64,000 nucleotides of DNA from an uncultured Clostridia bacterium. Its GTDB lineage: Bacteria; Bacillota; Clostridia; Christensenellales; Borkfalkiaceae. Made by a program: the position numbers and the translations under genes. The notes beneath the pieces are model-generated. The model saw nothing but the letters and a program-made list of their open reading frames with translations, was not told the DNA's origin and searched no databases. This document shows positions 56,772-64,000 of the stretch, in pieces. The stretch covers positions 31,273 through 95,272 of the forward strand of contig CALVUR010000005.1 in the NCBI GenBank assembly GCA_944363645.1. The letters are read 5' to 3'. Position 1 is the stretch's first letter. Every line of letters starts with the position of its first letter.

Positions 56772-58727
56772 TTATTTACGCATTTTCTTTTTAAGTTCTG
56801 TAATAGTATCCCTTATTTCAATACAACGTTCAAAGTCAAGGTTTGCAGAAAAGACCTTTAAAAGACCTTTTAACCTTTCAATTTCTTGTGGAATATCTTG
56901 CATCTTGATATCTTGAACTTTGCTTGCTTTTTTGGTGATTTCAAGGTTTTGTCTTACATCTTTAATAATGGTTTTTGGCACAATACCATGCGCTTTATTA
57001 TATTCTTCTTGAGTCTTTCTTCTACGCTCGGTTTCGCCTATTGCACGCTTCATACTGCCGGTTATAACATCGGCGTACATAATAACTCTACCTTCGGCGT
57101 TACGTGCCGTTCTGCCGATAGTTTGAATAAGTGCTGTATCGCTACGTAAAAAGCCTTCTTTATCGGCATCCAAAATGGCGACAAGTTTTACTTCAGGAAG
57201 ATCTAAACCTTCCCTTAAAAGGTTGATACCAACAAGCACATCGACAACGCCCGTTCTCAGTTCGTTAATTATATCAATACGCTCTAACGTGTCAATGTCG
57301 CTGTGCATATAACGGACTTTATGCCCGTGTTCTTTTAAGTAATCTGTTAGACTTTCAGACATCTTTTTGGTAAGCGTAGTAACAAGCACCCTACCGCCAG
57401 TATTTACAACCTTAATAATTTCATCGTTTAAGTCGTCAATTTGACCTTGCGTTTGTCTTACTTCGACAATAGGGTCTAATAACCCGGTTGGACGAATAAG
57501 TTGTTCTACCGTCTGGTCGGACAAATTAAGTTCGTACGGATTTGGTGTTGCCGATACGCAGATAATCTGCGGAATACGCTGTTCAAATTCTTCAAACTTA
57601 AGCGGTCTATTGTCGTAAGCACTTTTAAGCCTAAAACCGTAATCGACAAGATTGGACTTTCTTGAACGGTCGCCGTTATACATTGCACGAAGTTGTGGCA
57701 AGGTCATATGGCTTTCGTCAACGATAATCAAAAAGTCGTCCGGAAAATAATCAAGCAGAGTAAATGGTGGTTCGCCTATTTGCCTTCCGTCAAAATAGCG
57801 AGAATAGTTTTCAACGCCCTTACAATACCCTATTTCTGCCATCATCTCGATATCGTAATTTGTCCTTTGCATAAGTCGTTGGGCTTCTAAAAGTTTGTTG
57901 TCTTTTTTTAAAGCCTCGACTTCAACTTCCATATCGTGGCGGATATTTTCAAGTGCTTTTGTTAATGTTTCGCTTCCTACCGCATAGTGGGATGCCGGGA
58001 AAATTGCTACGTGATTGAGTTCGTTTATAACGTTGCCTGTTACGTAATCTGTTTCGCAAATACGATCCACTTCGTCGCCAAAAAACTCAACACGTATAAC
58101 GACCTCGCTGTTTGATGCTGGGAAAATATCCACAGTATCGCCACGCACCCTAAAGGACGAACGCTGAAAATCGATATCACGCCTATCGTACTGAATGTCT
58201 ATAAGTTTGCGAATAAGTTGATCACGAGAGATTTCCATGCCGGGGCGCAAAGAGATTGAAAGTCGATAATATTCTTCGGGCGCACCCAAGCCGTAAATAC
58301 AAGAAACTGAAGCGACAACAATTACATCACGACGCTCTGCCAAAGCACAAGTTGCGCTGTGGCGAAGTTTATCAATTTCGTCGTTTATAGACAAATCTTT
58401 TTCAATATAAGTGTCAGTGCTTGGAATGTAAGATTCTGGCTGGTAATAGTCGTAATATGATACAAAGTATTCAACGCGGTTTTCAGGGAAAAACTCTTTA
58501 AACTCGCTACATAGTTGGGCGGCTAAGGTTTTGTTATGGGCAATGACTAAGGTTGGGCGTTGACAATTTTGGATTATGTTTGCCATGGTAAAGGTTTTAC
58601 CGCTACCGGTAACACCAACCAAAACTTGCGTGCGTAACCCGTCTAAAACGCCTTCGGTTAGTTTTTCTATTGCCTGTGGCTGATCGCCGGTCGGCTTGAA
58701 TTTACTTTGTAATTTGAATTGAGCCAT
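56772..58727 (-). CDS. uvrB: Excinuclease ABC subunit B
   Basis: 651 aa. Contains [12 protein letters not shown], helicase motifs, and a C-terminal UVR domain. Confidence 0.95.
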   Translation of the reverse strand: MAQFKLQSKFKPTGDQPQAIEKLTEGVLDGLRTQVLVGVTGSGKTFTMANIIQNCQRPTLVIAHNKTLAAQLCSEFKEFFPENRVEYFVSYYDYYQPESYIPSTDTYIEKDLSINDEIDKLRHSATCALAERRDVIVVASVSCIYGLGAPEEYYRLSISLRPGMEISRDQLIRKLIDIQYDRRDIDFQRSSFRVRGDTVDIFPASNSEVVIRVEFFGDEVDRICETDYVTGNVINELNHVAIFPASHYAVGSETLTKALENIRHDMEVEVEALKKDNKLLEAQRLMQRTNYDIEMMAEIGYCKGVENYSRYFDGRQIGEPPFTLLDYFPDDFLIIVDESHMTLPQLRAMYNGDRSRKSNLVDYGFRLKSAYDNRPLKFEEFEQRIPQIICVSATPNPYELNLSDQTVEQLIRPTGLLDPIVEVRQTQGQIDDLNDEIIKVVNTGGRVLVTTLTKKMSESLTDYLKEHGHKVRYMHSDIDTLERIDIINELRTGVVDVLVGINLLREGLDLPEVKLVAILDADKEGFLRSDTALIQTIGRTARNAEGRVIMYADVITGSMKRAIGETERRRKTQEEYNKAHGIVPKTIIKDVRQNLEITKKASKVQDIKMQDIPQEIERLKGLLKVFSANLDFERCIEIRDTITELKKKMRK

Positions 58728-58898
58728 TTTACTACCAAAACCTAAAAATAAAATTACGAAAACTTATAATTTGTCGCAAAAACTTATTGGCCTTATGCGA
58801 ACATATATTCTATTATACCATAGTAATGAGCATTGTTAAAGCATTTTTAAATGCTTTTTAGGTAAAATTTTATCTTTGTAAAATTGCATTTTGCAATC

Positions 58899-59255
58899 TT
58901 AATTAAAAAAGTAAATGAGCATGCGACCAACCAAAAATGTAATTACGCCCGTAATTATTGCAAAAATTATTTTACTTACGACCATGCGTTTGTTTTGCTG
59001 GGTTTCACGCTTAAAGGAATAACCTTTTTTAAGTAGGTTAATACAATAAATTTGTTCACCGTTTTTTTCGCATAAAATTAAGTCATAATAGTTATCAAGT
59101 TGCAATGACTTTACCGCACTTTTTATTTTTTGTTCGCTGATATTTTTATGCTTTAATTGTGCTTTGATTTGGTTTATCGTAATAAGGCAGGAACCTTGGT
59201 TATTACACTTTTCATAAACGATTTGCATTACTTCTTTTTCAGATTTATTTAGCAT
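58899..59255 (-). CDS. Small winged-helix-like protein with C-terminal TM anchor
   Basis: 118 aa. ~85-aa soluble helix-turn-helix-plus-wing pattern, then the TM helix IIFAIITGVITFLVGRMLIYFF. The start is 1 nt after the upstream stop. Confidence 0.6.
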   Translation of the reverse strand: MLNKSEKEVMQIVYEKCNNQGSCLITINQIKAQLKHKNISEQKIKSAVKSLQLDNYYDLILCEKNGEQIYCINLLKKGYSFKRETQQNKRMVVSKIIFAIITGVITFLVGRMLIYFFN

Positions 59256-59256
59256 A

Positions 59257-59643
59257 TCAAAAAACCGCCTTTAAAATTAAAGTAGATAAAATAATTGCTA
59301 AACTTACGCCAAAAAATATTGCTAAAAAGTTATAAAAGTGGGGCAATAAGCCCGTTATCGCCACTTTTTCAGTTTTTTCCACCTTAGGTAATTCTTCGTA
59401 AAAATGTCTACCTTTTATTGTTAAAGATAAACAAAATTCCCCATCACGGTCGTATCTTAAGGTGATATAATTTTGCTGTGATAAATAAGATATCATCTGC
59501 TTAATTAAATCGCCGTCAACACTAAAGCGTGTGGGAAATTCCAAAATGAGTTCGTCAATCGATATAATGGTATAACCATTTTGCGAACACTTTATATTCA
59601 AAATTTTTAATAATTCTACTAACTTACTATCTAACATATACAC
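59257..59643 (-). CDS. Small winged-helix-like protein with C-terminal TM anchor (paralogous architecture)
   Basis: 128 aa, starting at GTG 59643 or ATG 59637. Same layout as 58899..59255. The linker is encoded by a copy of the dispersed repeat. Confidence 0.6.
   Translation of the reverse strand: MYMLDSKLVELLKILNIKCSQNGYTIISIDELILEFPTRFSVDGDLIKQMISYLSQQNYITLRYDRDGEFCLSLTIKGRHFYEELPKVEKTEKVAITGLLPHFYNFLAIFFGVSLAIILSTLILKAVF
59334..59369 (+). repeat. Dispersed repeat copy 8 (orientation A), inside a CDS
   Basis: aaaaGTGGGGCAATAAGCCCGTTATCGCCACttttt. Translated in frame on the minus strand as KVAITGLLPHF. Confidence 0.85.
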
Positions 59644-59670
59644 ATTGATTATGTGTATTTTTTCAAGTTT

Positions 59671-60246
59671 TTATAAAACTAATATCGCAAAAACCAAAAA
59701 TGCGATTATTAAAACAGCATGGCAAATTATGGAAACAATGCTTAAATAAAACGCCCATTTGAATTTTTGAGTTTTTGTGTAGTTTTTGTTTTTGCAAGAT
59801 AACACCAATGAGATTATTGCAAGTATTAAGCCTGGAAAGATAAATAGAGATAAGATTAAACTTATAACCGAAAGAATAAAAGAAGTTGAAGCCGATTTTG
59901 CCAACTTTTCTTCTCTTATCTTTTCATATAACTTAACATAGAAGTTTAATCTATCGCCACTTTCTTCTTTTTTATTGCTTGCAATGTTTTCGTCCACTTG
60001 GTTTGTGGCGGTTAGTTCGCTTGCATTTTCATCGATTTTGATTTCTTCACCATTATCAACATTTTCGTCCACTTGGTTTTCGCAATCCACAAGGTTATTG
60101 GCATTGTCATTTTCAGTCAAAACTTTTGATGAATAAGTGGTGTTTTGATTGTCCGCTGTGGTTTTGTCCTTTTGTAAATTTTCGGTTGTATTTTCAGTAG
60201 CGACCTGTTGAATTTTGTTTTCAATATTTTCCATAATAATCTTCAC
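59671..60246 (-). CDS. Membrane protein with N/E/D-rich N-terminal region and two C-terminal TM helices (DUF4190-like)
   Basis: 191 aa, starting at GTG 60246 or ATG 60234. Internal duplication NQVDEN... C-terminal ILSVISLILSLFIFPGLILAIISLVLS. Confidence 0.55.
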   Translation of the reverse strand: MKIIMENIENKIQQVATENTTENLQKDKTTADNQNTTYSSKVLTENDNANNLVDCENQVDENVDNGEEIKIDENASELTATNQVDENIASNKKEESGDRLNFYVKLYEKIREEKLAKSASTSFILSVISLILSLFIFPGLILAIISLVLSCKNKNYTKTQKFKWAFYLSIVSIICHAVLIIAFLVFAILVL

Positions 60247-60344
60247 TATTTAAAATAAAAGCAAATACTTTAAGTAAATAATTACATAATTGGTGAGTTT
60301 ATGCTGTCTTTTAATAAATTTATCAAATTTTTAGTTAAAAATTG

Positions 60345-60373
60345 TTGACAACCCTTTAAAATAATAGTAAAAT
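60345..60373 (+). promoter_or_regulatory. Promoter of tRNA-Leu
   Basis: TTGACA-17 nt-TAAAAT, 36 nt upstream of the tRNA. Confidence 0.6.
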
Positions 60374-60408
60374 ATTAACGCTTGGAAAAAAGCACTAATT
60401 TAATTTAT

Positions 60409-60492
60409 GTCGGGGTGGCGGAATCGGCAGACGCGTACGTTTGAGGGGCGTATGGTTAACCCGTGTGAGTTCAAGTCTCATCCTCGACACCA
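60409..60492 (+). tRNA. tRNA-Leu (anticodon GAG)
   Basis: 84 nt with a long variable arm. Anticodon loop is TTGAGGG, T-loop is GTTCAAGTC, and CCA is encoded. Confidence 0.88.
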
Positions 60493-60494
60493 CA

Positions 60495-60519
60495 AGGTCG
60501 CAGATATGCGACCTTTTTT
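60495..60519 (+). terminator. Terminator after tRNA-Leu
   Basis: AGGTCGC-agatat-GCGACCT followed by T6. Confidence 0.8.
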
Positions 60520-60548
60520 CGTGCCTAAAATTTGGTTATTTTTTGGAT

Positions 60549-60584
60549 AAAACTTGTCGATAACGGGCTTATAGCCCAACTTTT
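60549..60584 (-). repeat. Dispersed repeat copy 9 (orientation B)
   Basis: aaaaCTTGTCGATAACGGGCTTATAGCCCAACtttt. Confidence 0.85.
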
Positions 60585-60651
60585 GCCGATTTTTGTTTTT
60601 TAAACTAAAAACTAATTTTTACATTTGACACTTTTTATGGGTGTCATTTTT

Positions 60652-61614
60652 TTATTGATTATTTAAACGCATCATGGCAAGTCTTGCTGCGCCGTAAACA
60701 CCAGCATCGTTGCCTAAGGTTGCAGTTAAAATTTCGATTGGGGCGTATTCTACACCGCCGTAGATATATTTTTCAACAATCTTTTTAAGTGGTTTGAAAA
60801 GCATTTCGCCTTCGGCACAAATGCCACCGCCTAAAATAACTGCTTCAGGTCTAAATTCGTTGCACAAATTAAGCACGCCTTCAGCCAAATATTTAATGTA
60901 AGTATCAACAACCTTTTTAGCCGTTTTGTCGCCCATCCTAACGCCGTCAAAGGCAGTTTTGCCGTCAACATTTTCAATGTCATTTTGAGCGATTTCCCAA
61001 AGTTTGCTATCCTTATTTTTAAGCATTGCTTTTTTGGTTTGACGAACGAGTGCAGAAGCAGATGCATAGGCTTCGAAACAGCCTTTTCTGCCACACATAC
61101 ACGGCTCTCCACCCATTTTTATTACGGCATGCCCTATTTCGGCACCTACACTTTTATAGCCTTCAAAAAGGTTGCCGTCAATGATAATACCACCGCCAAC
61201 GCCTGTGCCTAAGGTGATAAAAATTACATCTTTATATTTGTTTTTAAAGCCGTAATATTGTTCGCCAAGAGCGGCAACGTTTGCGTCGTTTGCGACAAAA
61301 CTTGGAACGTTTAAGTTGTTGGTAATTTCTTTATAGATTCCCACCTTTTTCCAACCGATATTGTTGTTGTAAATTACAACACCGTTTGCGCTGTCAATAG
61401 CCCCCGGTGAGCCGAGCCCCACTGCCTCGATTTTTACGCCAACTTTATTTGCCAAAGTGGAAACCAAATTGCACATATCTTTTGCAATTTCTGTATATGG
61501 TCTTTCCTTTTTTGTTGGAATTTTATCTTTAATAAGCAAATTGCCTTCGCTGTCGATTATTGCGCCTTTTATAAATGTACCGCCTAAATCAAGACCAGCG
61601 TAATATTTTTTCAT
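60652..61614 (-). CDS. glcK: ROK-family glucokinase
   Basis: YAGLDLGGTFIKGAII... and the ROK Cys motif GHAVIKMGGEPCMCGRKGCFEAYAS. Confidence 0.85.
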   Translation of the reverse strand: MKKYYAGLDLGGTFIKGAIIDSEGNLLIKDKIPTKKERPYTEIAKDMCNLVSTLANKVGVKIEAVGLGSPGAIDSANGVVIYNNNIGWKKVGIYKEITNNLNVPSFVANDANVAALGEQYYGFKNKYKDVIFITLGTGVGGGIIIDGNLFEGYKSVGAEIGHAVIKMGGEPCMCGRKGCFEAYASASALVRQTKKAMLKNKDSKLWEIAQNDIENVDGKTAFDGVRMGDKTAKKVVDTYIKYLAEGVLNLCNEFRPEAVILGGGICAEGEMLFKPLKKIVEKYIYGGVEYAPIEILTATLGNDAGVYGAARLAMMRLNNQ

Positions 61615-61768
61615 AACATTTACCCCTTTATTTATTTATTTATTTATTTAGTTTATTTTATCACACTTTATTTAAATTTACAATATTATCTTTGCAACTT
61701 TTTTATTTTTTACTAATTAGTAAATTTTGCTTTTTTATAATTTAGTTAGTTGGTGCATAGTAAAATTG

Positions 61769-61806
61769 AAAAAAGTCTGCCTATAAGCCCGTTATCGCAC
61801 TTTTTT
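61769..61806 (+). repeat. Dispersed repeat copy 10 (orientation A)
   Basis: aaaaaaGTCTGCCTATAAGCCCGTTATCGCACtttttt. Confidence 0.9.
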
Positions 61807-61809
61807 AAC

Positions 61810-61833
61810 AAAAAAAAGCAGTAAAAATACTGC
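61810..61833 (-). terminator. Terminator after acyltransferase-like gene
   Basis: GCAGTA-aaaa-TACTGC plus a U-run on the minus strand. Confidence 0.55.
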
Positions 61834-61840
61834 TTTAAAA

Positions 61841-62548
61841 TTATTCCATTTCGCTTAATGAATGCATCAAATCGCAAGCCATTTTTGCAATAGATAGTTC
61901 GGTTTCGCCGTTATCAAAATAATCTTGAACATAAAATGGTTTTGAAATGGTTATTTTCCTTTTTTTAGGATCAAAATAAGTTACGTAAACGGGGACTTTA
62001 TCACCGCTCATTTTTTCGTAAACTTTAGCGAGTGCCACAAAACCGGGGTTGAAGGAATCGGGTGGGTTTTTATAGCCTTCGGTTGAATCTTCAGGGAAAA
62101 TGAGTAATGCGCTGTTGGCATCTAAAACCTGTGCGCTTGCCCTTAATGAATTTACAAAGCGCATATCGGTAAATGTTGGAATTAAACCGATTGCACGATA
62201 CAACAAAATTGAGAATGGACAAAATACCGTTGCAACGAAAAAGGCACGGAATTTGTTCCAATGAAGTTTTTGCCTGTAAAAAACATGATATAAATATTTC
62301 CAGCGTGATTTAATGCCTTCGCACATTTCGTGTGCGCCCCAAGGTGTTAAACGCTTTGGAAAAAACATTTCATAGGTCATAGGACCGTTTGCGCCGGCAT
62401 GGTTGCCTAAGTAAATTGCCTTGTCTTTTAATTCTTCACCTGATAGATTTATTATCTTTGGTTTGTGCTTAAAAATTGATAATATTTTTTTCAAAAATGT
62501 AAAAATTTTACCACGTTTTAGTTTTAATTTTGCTTGTTTTTTTGCCAT
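61841..62548 (-). CDS. Putative lysophospholipid acyltransferase-like protein
   Basis: 235 aa. LGNHAGANG (an H-box-like motif lacking the Asp) and LLIFPEDSTEG resemble PlsC-family blocks. AGGTGG SD. Confidence 0.45.
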   Translation of the reverse strand: MAKKQAKLKLKRGKIFTFLKKILSIFKHKPKIINLSGEELKDKAIYLGNHAGANGPMTYEMFFPKRLTPWGAHEMCEGIKSRWKYLYHVFYRQKLHWNKFRAFFVATVFCPFSILLYRAIGLIPTFTDMRFVNSLRASAQVLDANSALLIFPEDSTEGYKNPPDSFNPGFVALAKVYEKMSGDKVPVYVTYFDPKKRKITISKPFYVQDYFDNGETELSIAKMACDLMHSLSEME

Positions 62549-62567
62549 TATGCCACCTATAAATTTA

Positions 62568-62597
62568 GTGTTAATCGACTTATAGCCCCACTTTTTT
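62568..62597 (-). repeat. Dispersed repeat copy 11 (orientation B, truncated)
   Basis: GTGTTAATCGACTTATAGCCCCACtttttt, 20 nt upstream of the 62548 start. Confidence 0.7.
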
Positions 62598-62734
62598 AAT
62601 TTTTATGGGTAAATTTTGCCGAAAAACAACGTAAAAATTATAACATAAAAATTATCTATTGTCAAGTTCGATTTATTGTCTAACTAAATTTATATTGACA
62701 TTTTATAATTGTTTATTCATTCAAATTTTTTTAA

Positions 62735-62764
62735 AAATAAAAAAGACGGATAAAAAAATCCGTC
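62735..62764 (-). terminator. Terminator after SDR gene
   Basis: GACGGA-loop-TCCGTC plus a long U-run on the minus strand. Confidence 0.6.
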
Positions 62765-62780
62765 TTTAAAAGCAACTAAA

Positions 62781-63527
62781 TTAGGAACGAGCAAGACCGT
62801 CAACGGACAAAACAATGCCAGAGATATAACTTGCTTTGTCGCTTGCCAAAAATACGAAAGCGTTTGCAACGTCGGTTGGGGTACCTACCCTTCTTAAAGG
62901 AATTTGTTTAATAAGTGGTTCGATTACTTCTTTAGGAACTTGTTTTAACATATCTGTTTCGGTAATGCCGGGTGCGACAGCGTTGACACGGATACCATAA
63001 GGACCTAATTCACGAGCGAGTGAAAGTGTAAAACCGTTTACGGCGAACTTGCTTGTAGGATAAGCAACGCCAGATGGTTGACCGTGTTTGCTTACCATAC
63101 TGCTTGTATTTAAAATAACGCCATATCCCCTATTTTTCATACCGTCGACAACGGCACGACTGCAATTAAATACCGCCTTAATGTTTAAGTCCATAACCTT
63201 ATCAAACATTTCTTCGGTGTAGGATGTAAATGGTTCTTGTGCGGAAATCCCAGCGTTGTTTACCAAAATATCGATTTTGCCATATTCGTTTTCGATTTTA
63301 TCAAAAGCCTCTTTTACGCTTTGGTAATTTGCCAAGTTTGGATAAATACCGCTAACCTGCCAATCTGCGTTTTGTGCTTTTAAACTTTGAACTGCTTTTT
63401 GACAAGTTTCTTCACGGGATGCGCATAAAATAACTGTTGCGCCTTCTTTTAAAAATTCTTCACAAATTGCATAGCCTATACCACGTGAACCGCCTGTAAC
63501 AACGGCGACTTTACCTTTTAACAACAT
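62781..63527 (-). CDS. Short-chain dehydrogenase/reductase, FabG-like
   Basis: KVAVVTGGSRGIG...NNAGI...YPTSKFAVNG. 248 aa. Confidence 0.85.
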   Translation of the reverse strand: MLLKGKVAVVTGGSRGIGYAICEEFLKEGATVILCASREETCQKAVQSLKAQNADWQVSGIYPNLANYQSVKEAFDKIENEYGKIDILVNNAGISAQEPFTSYTEEMFDKVMDLNIKAVFNCSRAVVDGMKNRGYGVILNTSSMVSKHGQPSGVAYPTSKFAVNGFTLSLARELGPYGIRVNAVAPGITETDMLKQVPKEVIEPLIKQIPLRRVGTPTDVANAFVFLASDKASYISGIVLSVDGLARS

Positions 63528-63680
63528 TTGCCTACTCCTTTTTTGTTGATATATTCATTATAACATAACATTTAAATTTTTTCATTAAAATTTAAAGACT
63601 TTTTATATATTTTTAGTAAATTACTTTTAAGTCCACTTTTTTGACCTTATTTTTAACTGAAAAAATTAGTTGAAATTGAT

Positions 63681-63718
63681 AAAAAGTGCCCCTATAGGTC
63701 GATTATCGCCACTTTTTT
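63681..63718 (+). repeat. Dispersed repeat copy 12 (orientation A, core subtype 2)
   Basis: aaaaaGTGCCCCTATAGGTCGATTATCGCCACtttttt, 4 nt after the MATE stop. Confidence 0.9.
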
Positions 63719-63721
63719 GTT

Positions 63722-64000
63722 TTAAGCAACGACCTTTTCTTTCTTACAATCATCGTCATTATTATTAGAATTATCTTTGTCATCGTCCTTTAATAATGAA
63801 GAGTGATTTTTCCAGCGACCGGTGAGTAAACGTATTACGAATAATAAAGATCTACCGCACCAATCTGCGCACATTGCTATCCAATATCCCATTGCGCCAA
63901 GTTCAAACTTAAAGCCGAAAGTGGTTGTAAGCCAAGGCGTTAAGGTGTCGCTTACGAGTAAGAAGCACAAACCAACACGCAAAATTATCATTGACGCTAT
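63722..64000 (-). CDS. MATE-family efflux transporter, C-terminal fragment (5' end off window)
   Basis: The frame stays open to the window edge. Contains ...GAMGYWIAMCADWCGRSLLFVIRLLTGRWK, typical of the last MATE helices, followed by a D/N-rich tail. Confidence 0.7.
   Translation of the reverse strand: MASMIILRVGLCFLLVSDTLTPWLTTTFGFKFELGAMGYWIAMCADWCGRSLLFVIRLLTGRWKNHSSLLKDDDKDNSNNNDDDCKKEKVVA

Overview
AT-rich chromosomal segment from a Gram-positive anaerobe. Gene content looks Clostridia-like: an ispH-S1 fusion, a DUF421/DUF4363 pair, HydABC, and comM-dprA-topA-trmFO-hslVU synteny. I call 51 CDS plus 1 disrupted gene (only 4 CDS on the + strand) and 10 tRNAs, including a 6-tRNA operon. 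There are many near-consensus sigma-A promoters and hairpin/U-run terminators. I saw no rRNA, CRISPR, transposase, integrase, phage or recognisable defence genes. Main blocks, in coordinate order: an acidic protein with a uL15-like tail; divergent tRNA-Thr genes; an acyl-ACP thioesterase; a transglutaminase-LRR lipoprotein; a broken pnuC; a CNNM/CorC transporter; the tRNA operon; ispH-rpsA, cmk and a flavoprotein; a Na+-decarboxylase cluster with two carboxyltransferase types; galT, dinB and rnhA; an ABC plus surface-protein operon; an electron-bifurcating-type [FeFe]-hydrogenase operon with an embedded HydS-like/kinase/PHP/DRTGG module; hisS, hslVU, trmFO, topA, dprA and comM; uvrAB; small membrane-tethered wHTH proteins; and glcK and fabG-like genes. 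Observations most worth a second look: (1) a dispersed 30-38 bp repeat family with 12 copies, one embedded in-frame in a CDS; (2) the catalytic HydA has TSCSPGW instead of TSCCPxW in H-cluster motif L1, plus a new nearby Cys; (3) a 154-bp tandem repeat that triplicates the tRNA-operon terminator; (4) imperfect inverted repeats bracketing the pnuC promoter; (5) a uL15 C-terminal domain fused to a long acidic linker; (6) a decarboxylase cluster combining 12S-, 5S- and 1.3S-like parts with a Na+ pump. All homology calls come from reading the translations and from memory of the families. Nothing was searched or computed.
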